NCBI RefSeq assembly: GCF_010671925.1 | Contig: NZ_JAAHIH010000001.1 | Span: 549,053 to 613,052 of the forward strand | Length of the DNA stretch: 64,000 nt | DNA from: Moorena sp. SIOASIH | Lineage (GTDB): Bacteria > Cyanobacteriota > Cyanobacteriia > Cyanobacteriales > Coleofasciculaceae | Direction of reading: 5' to 3' | Shown: piece by piece, positions 59,999 through 64,000 of the stretch | How positions within the stretch are numbered: position 1 is the first letter of the stretch | How the letters are laid out: the number at the start of each line of letters is the position of its first letter | Notes under the pieces: model-generated | Told to the model about the DNA's origin: nothing | The model's input: only the letters and a program-made list of their open reading frames with translations | Database searches by the model: none | Made by a program: the position numbers and the translations under genes

Positions 59999-61216
59999 TT
60001 GTTAGCTAATCAGCCATTAATCTCATTTATTGATATTGCATTTTTGCTAATAGCATTTGCCCTTATCGTTCCAATTACAGTTCTTTTGATTGAATGTAGT
60101 GCAGCAATTTTGCCTAATGCTTCTAAGCCATGGTCGGATGCTAGCAAACCCCGACCAACGATGGCTGTTTTAGTTCCCGCTCACAATGAAGCCTCTGATA
60201 TCAGTGCCACCCTCGAAACATTAATACCTCAGCTTACGGAGCAAGACCGACTAATAGTAATTGCTGATAATTGCACTGATGACACCGCAGCAGTGGCTCG
60301 GAAATCTGGCGTTATCGTAATTGAACGACAGGATCATGAGCGCAGAGGTAAGGGATATGCCTTAGATTTCGGTATGGGGTTTATTGAGCCTAATCCACCG
60401 GATGTCGTGGTGGTCGTTGATGCAGACTGTATCGTTGCTGAAGGAACGATTTCACGGATTTCCCGCCTTGCGTACGCTACACAACGACCGGTTCAGTCAA
60501 CTTACTTAATGACACAACCAGACAACCCGGTACTAAAGGATTTGATCTCTACCCTGGCGGTTAAATTCAAAAATACAGTCCGTCCGACTGGGTTACATCG
60601 ACTGGGCTTGCCTTGTTTGTTAACAGGTTCAGGAATGGCTTTCCCCTGGTCAGTGATTCGCAAAATCTCTTTGGCTGGCAGTAAAACAGTTGATGATATG
60701 CAGTTGGCTTTGGATTTAGCGATCACTGGGCATTCCCCAATATATTGCCAAGAAGCAGGAGTCACAGGTCGTCTGATGAAAGAGGCTTCAGCAAAGAGTC
60801 AAAGGTCACGCTGGGAGCATGGTCATATCGAGACTCTGCTAAACCAAGTTCCTGAGTTACTCAAAGAGTCTATTCGTCAAAGACGTTTCGACCTATTAGC
60901 GTACGCATTAGACTTATGTGTGCCACCATTGTCCCTATTGGTTCTAATGTGGGTAGCTGCTACAGGGGGAGCTTTACTCGGGGTAGCCTTGGGAGGATCA
61001 TGGATAAGTACCATTGTCTTACTCATAGAAGGGGTACTCCTGTTAATTGCGATTGTTGAAGGTTGGGCTAAGTTTTGCCGAACAGACTTTCCGATCCTGA
61101 TGCTCTTAGCTGTCCCGATTTACATTCTGTGGAAAATTCCCGTCTATCTGGCTTTTCTGGTGGAACCTCAGACCAAGTGGATTCGCACAGAAAGGGATGC
61201 AGTCGATACCCCATAA
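59999..61216 (+). CDS. Membrane-integrated processive GT2 (synthase-type; cellulose/chitin/hyaluronan-synthase-like) with a QxxRW motif
   Basis: N-terminal TM helices, then a GT-A domain (LVPAHNEA…DNCTDDT…VVVDADC) with a C-terminal polytopic region. QRSRW at ~res 267-271 matches the processive Q(Q/R)XRW signature. Confidence 0.7.
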   Translation: MLANQPLISFIDIAFLLIAFALIVPITVLLIECSAAILPNASKPWSDASKPRPTMAVLVPAHNEASDISATLETLIPQLTEQDRLIVIADNCTDDTAAVARKSGVIVIERQDHERRGKGYALDFGMGFIEPNPPDVVVVVDADCIVAEGTISRISRLAYATQRPVQSTYLMTQPDNPVLKDLISTLAVKFKNTVRPTGLHRLGLPCLLTGSGMAFPWSVIRKISLAGSKTVDDMQLALDLAITGHSPIYCQEAGVTGRLMKEASAKSQRSRWEHGHIETLLNQVPELLKESIRQRRFDLLAYALDLCVPPLSLLVLMWVAATGGALLGVALGGSWISTIVLLIEGVLLLIAIVEGWAKFCRTDFPILMLLAVPIYILWKIPVYLAFLVEPQTKWIRTERDAVDTP

Positions 61217-61239
61217 TCGTAATCAACTGATTCTACGCT

Positions 61240-61590
61240 GGGTTTGCATTCAGCTAATGCGCTACAGATGGTGCTACTTGAGGTGCTTTTGAATAAAAGA
61301 GGTAAGCATTCGTTATAAAAGAGATAAGCATTCAGCTCTCAGCTCTCAGCTCTCAGCTCTCAGCTCTCAGCTCTCAGCTTTTGAATAAGCGATGCAGCGC
61401 GGTCTTGGGGAGGCAGTGCGGTCTTGGGGGTTCCCCCCACTCGCTATTGCCGTGGTTTCCCCCATGAGCGACTGCATCAAGACAACAAGTAAGCATTGGT
61501 TTAATCTATGTTACGTCAGCACCTCTAGTAGCGTGAGCCTTGGCCATTCGCGAATGGCTGACGGCTGACGGCTGACGGCTGAATGCTTAC
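61240..61590. mobile_element. Composite MITE-like repeat region with nested partial copies. It ends with the canonical TIR GCTGAATGCTTAC at 61578-61590.
   Basis: Contains GTAAGCATTCG/ATAAGCATTCAGC internal termini, (CAGCTCT)8, GCGGTCTTGGGG x2, CCCCCATGAGCGACTGCATCAAGACAA and (GGCTGAC)3. Confidence 0.55.
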
Positions 61591-61850
61591 AGCATTCGTT
61601 TAATCTGAGTTATGTCACAGCACTTGTGGCCTATGCCACAAAGCTGATTGACTTTTACCCAGACTTTCAATTCTCTAAAATCTCTTAATATTAAATTCTC
61701 CCGTTTGCGCATCGGCGCAAACGGGAGAATGCTTACCAAAAACCTTATAGAGTAAGCTTATTATATAAGGGTTTCCCTAGTTTTGAAGACTATCTTTATT
61801 TACCTTTTGCTTTTCTAGCATGGTTAACTAATTTCAAGGTGCGAACTACA

Positions 61851-62864
61851 ATGAACAAAGTCTCGGTAATTATTCCAGTCTATAAGGTTGAAAAATACAT
61901 AGCAGCCACAGTATAATCTGTGCTCGCCCAAACCTATAAAAATTTTGAGTTGCTACTCATTGATGATGGCTCTCCTGACAAAAGTATCGAAATATGTCAA
62001 CAAATTAACGATCCGAGAATTAAAATTATTCATCAGGATAATCAAGGAGTCTCAGCGGCTATAAATACTGGTATTCGCCATGCTCAAGGAGAGTATATCG
62101 CTTTCTTAGATGGAGATGACCTCTGGGTTCCAGAAAAGCTAGAAAAGCATGTTTTGCATCTAGAAACATCACCCCATGTAGGAGTGAGTTTTAGCTATTC
62201 TGCGTTAATTGATGAAACAGGAACTCCGTTAGGAATCTATCAAATAGCCAAAACTAAAGATATAACTACAGATTATATCATGTGTCGTAATCCCATTGGG
62301 AATGGTTCAACACCAGTGATTCGGCGAGAAGTGTTTGAAGCAATTCGATACCGAAACGAGCAGGCTACGGAGGATGCTTATTTTGATACTGAATTACACA
62401 ATATCGAAGACGTGGAATGTTGGCTGCGCATGGCGATTAAAACTGATTGGCACATGGAAGGTTTGCCAGAGGCGCTAACTTTATATCGTATTCATTCACA
62501 AGGGCATTCAGCTAGTATACTCAAGCATATAAACTCTCTAGAAAAGGTGATTGAGAAAACACGTGCCTATGCTCCAGAGGTAATTGCTGAATGTGAAAAC
62601 CCAGCCCGCGCCTATTATTTACGGTTTGGTGCTCGACGTGCCCTCAGCATCAACGAAGACTTGATGGCAACAGAATTGTTTAATAAGGCTTTAGCAACTT
62701 ACTGGCGTATTTTGCTAGAGGAACCGCTTCGTACTCTGTTGACCGGGGCTGCTGCTTATTTGCTCCGACTTTTACCTAAAACTCTTTACCAGCAAATGGA
62801 AGCTGTGGCGTTAAAAACGACAGGAGCTTCGCAAAAGCGCCGAATTTCTCAGGAGCAAGCTTAG
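61851..62864 (+). pseudogene. Glycosyltransferase family 2, paralog D, with an in-frame TAA at codon 22. The position is Gln in paralogs A-C.
   Basis: ATG at 61851 reads MNKVSVIIPVYKVEKYIAATV-[TAA 61914-61916]-SVLAQTYKNFELLLIDDGSPD…. The ORF track only recovers a GTG restart at 61920. Confidence 0.7.
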
Positions 62865-63248
62865 TATTTGATATAGCAGTTCTTATTTGGGTGAGGTACG
62901 TCGTCGGCCCAGGGCTGTTTCAAAGTCTGACTAGAATTTCACGGGTAGGATGATAGGGAGATAGGATAATTATTATTACTATTTTTAAGGTTCAAAATAC
63001 CCTATATCCATCACCATATCTCCCTTTAAAAAGATTGATATTACAATTTATTATTAAAAATAAAATAGATCTGCTTAATAAGAGGGGGAGTTGTGAATAA
63101 AATTGACTGTACTTTATAAGTATGCTAAACGCCATATTGTGCTTTACAAATAGTTTTTATTTTTTTGTAAAATTTTGTAAATAAAGTTTATCAACCCCGA
63201 TTAGTTTCTGCTAGAACTTAAAAGCTAAGCTTTATACGCAGCTAAAAA

Positions 63249-64000
63249 ATGAATCTACCTTTAACAATCAAAACTCACCTGAAAGAGTTAGTGATTGGCA
63301 CACGGTTTGAGCCTGCGGCAAGAAGTATTGTTGATTTGATCAAGCCTCCCAGCAAAGATATCCTGAGGAGCAGGGAAGATGACACCTATGTCTATCAGAT
63401 TATGAAGCGGATTTTAGACAAATCCTCAAACTGTATCGATGTGGGTGCCAACATGGGGAGTGTGTTGACAAAAATATGCCAACTGGCTCCCCTCGGTCAG
63501 CACTATGCTTTCGAGCCGGTTCCCCGACTGGCTACTCGGCTGCAAAAACGGTTCCCAAAGGTTGATGTTAGGCAAATTGCTTTGAGTGATTTACAGGGAC
63601 AAACCACGTTCTTCCATGTTGTTGATGCCCCAGCACTCAGTAGTCTAAAACACAGAGACTACACCCATTGGGGCTATAACAATGCTCAAACAGAATCGAT
63701 TGCCATCAAAACTCAAAAACTTGATGACATCCTTCAACCTGACTTCAAAGTTAAGTTTATTAAGGTAGATACAGAAGGAGCAGAGTTTCAGGTTTTCAAA
63801 GGTGCTATCCGAACCTTAAAAACCCACAAGCCTTACCTAGTCTTTGAATTTGGTCGTACTGCCATGGTTTATTATAAAACAACGCCAGGTATGATGTATG
63901 ATTTCCTAGTCAACCAGTGTGGTTTTAAGTTTTTTAAACTGAACAGTTGGCTAGAGGGGTTAACTCCACTCAGTAAGACGGAATTTGCCATAATCTGTGA
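63249..64000 (+). CDS. FkbM-family SAM-dependent methyltransferase (3' end beyond window)
   Basis: MNLPLTIKTH… with …IDVGANMGSVLTK… and …FIKVDTEGAEFQVFKGA…, typical of the FkbM family. The ORF is open to the window end. Confidence 0.65.
   Translation, partial: MNLPLTIKTHLKELVIGTRFEPAARSIVDLIKPPSKDILRSREDDTYVYQIMKRILDKSSNCIDVGANMGSVLTKICQLAPLGQHYAFEPVPRLATRLQKRFPKVDVRQIALSDLQGQTTFFHVVDAPALSSLKHRDYTHWGYNNAQTESIAIKTQKLDDILQPDFKVKFIKVDTEGAEFQVFKGAIRTLKTHKPYLVFEFGRTAMVYYKTTPGMMYDFLVNQCGFKFFKLNSWLEGLTPLSKTEFAIIC

Overview
This window reads as a chromosomal segment from a filamentous cyanobacterium. The evidence is a cyanobacterial-type DapL, dense STRR-like heptamer tracts (TCCCTAC, TCCCGAT and GGGAACA variants), several CHAT-domain proteins, IS200/IS605 TnpA/TnpB elements and an ethylene-receptor-like histidine kinase.

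The first ~45 kb mixes housekeeping genes with accessory material. Housekeeping genes are dapL, mnmE, mnmA, queF, cobQ, bcp, an ArsC/Spx-family protein and an ABC-2 transporter pair.

The accessory material includes:
- a 1368-aa secreted protein joining a two-partner-secretion (filamentous haemagglutinin) N-terminal domain to a C-terminal CHAT protease domain, through a ~36-copy PPDDGTVT repeat;
- a second, TPR-CHAT protein;
- a compact five-gene cluster with two 2,4-diaminobutyrate aminotransferase paralogs, a clavaminate-synthase-like Fe/2OG dioxygenase, a DUF4392-like protein and a glycine/sarcosine-type N-methyltransferase;
- a solo TnpB element and a decayed IS605-type element;
- a MITE-like element family bounded by the inverted repeats GTAAGCATTCAGC/GCTGAATGCTTAC, two copies of which carry 8-bp target-site duplications;
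- a two-component block with a ComFB-like protein, two CheY-like regulators, an ETR1-type sensor kinase whose copper-ligand Cys is Ser, and a REC-wHTH-HPt-REC-REC regulator.

From 44.8 kb to the end is an exopolysaccharide/O-antigen-type locus. It contains Wza-, Wzz/GumC- and Wzy-like proteins, a Wzx flippase fused to a second truncated Wzz-like domain, four paralogous GT2 genes (one with an in-frame stop at codon 22), a QxxRW synthase-type GT2 and a partial FkbM methyltransferase. Dispersed repeats are interspersed, consistent with repeat-mediated rearrangement. All calls come from reading the translations and the DNA by eye; no database search was possible.
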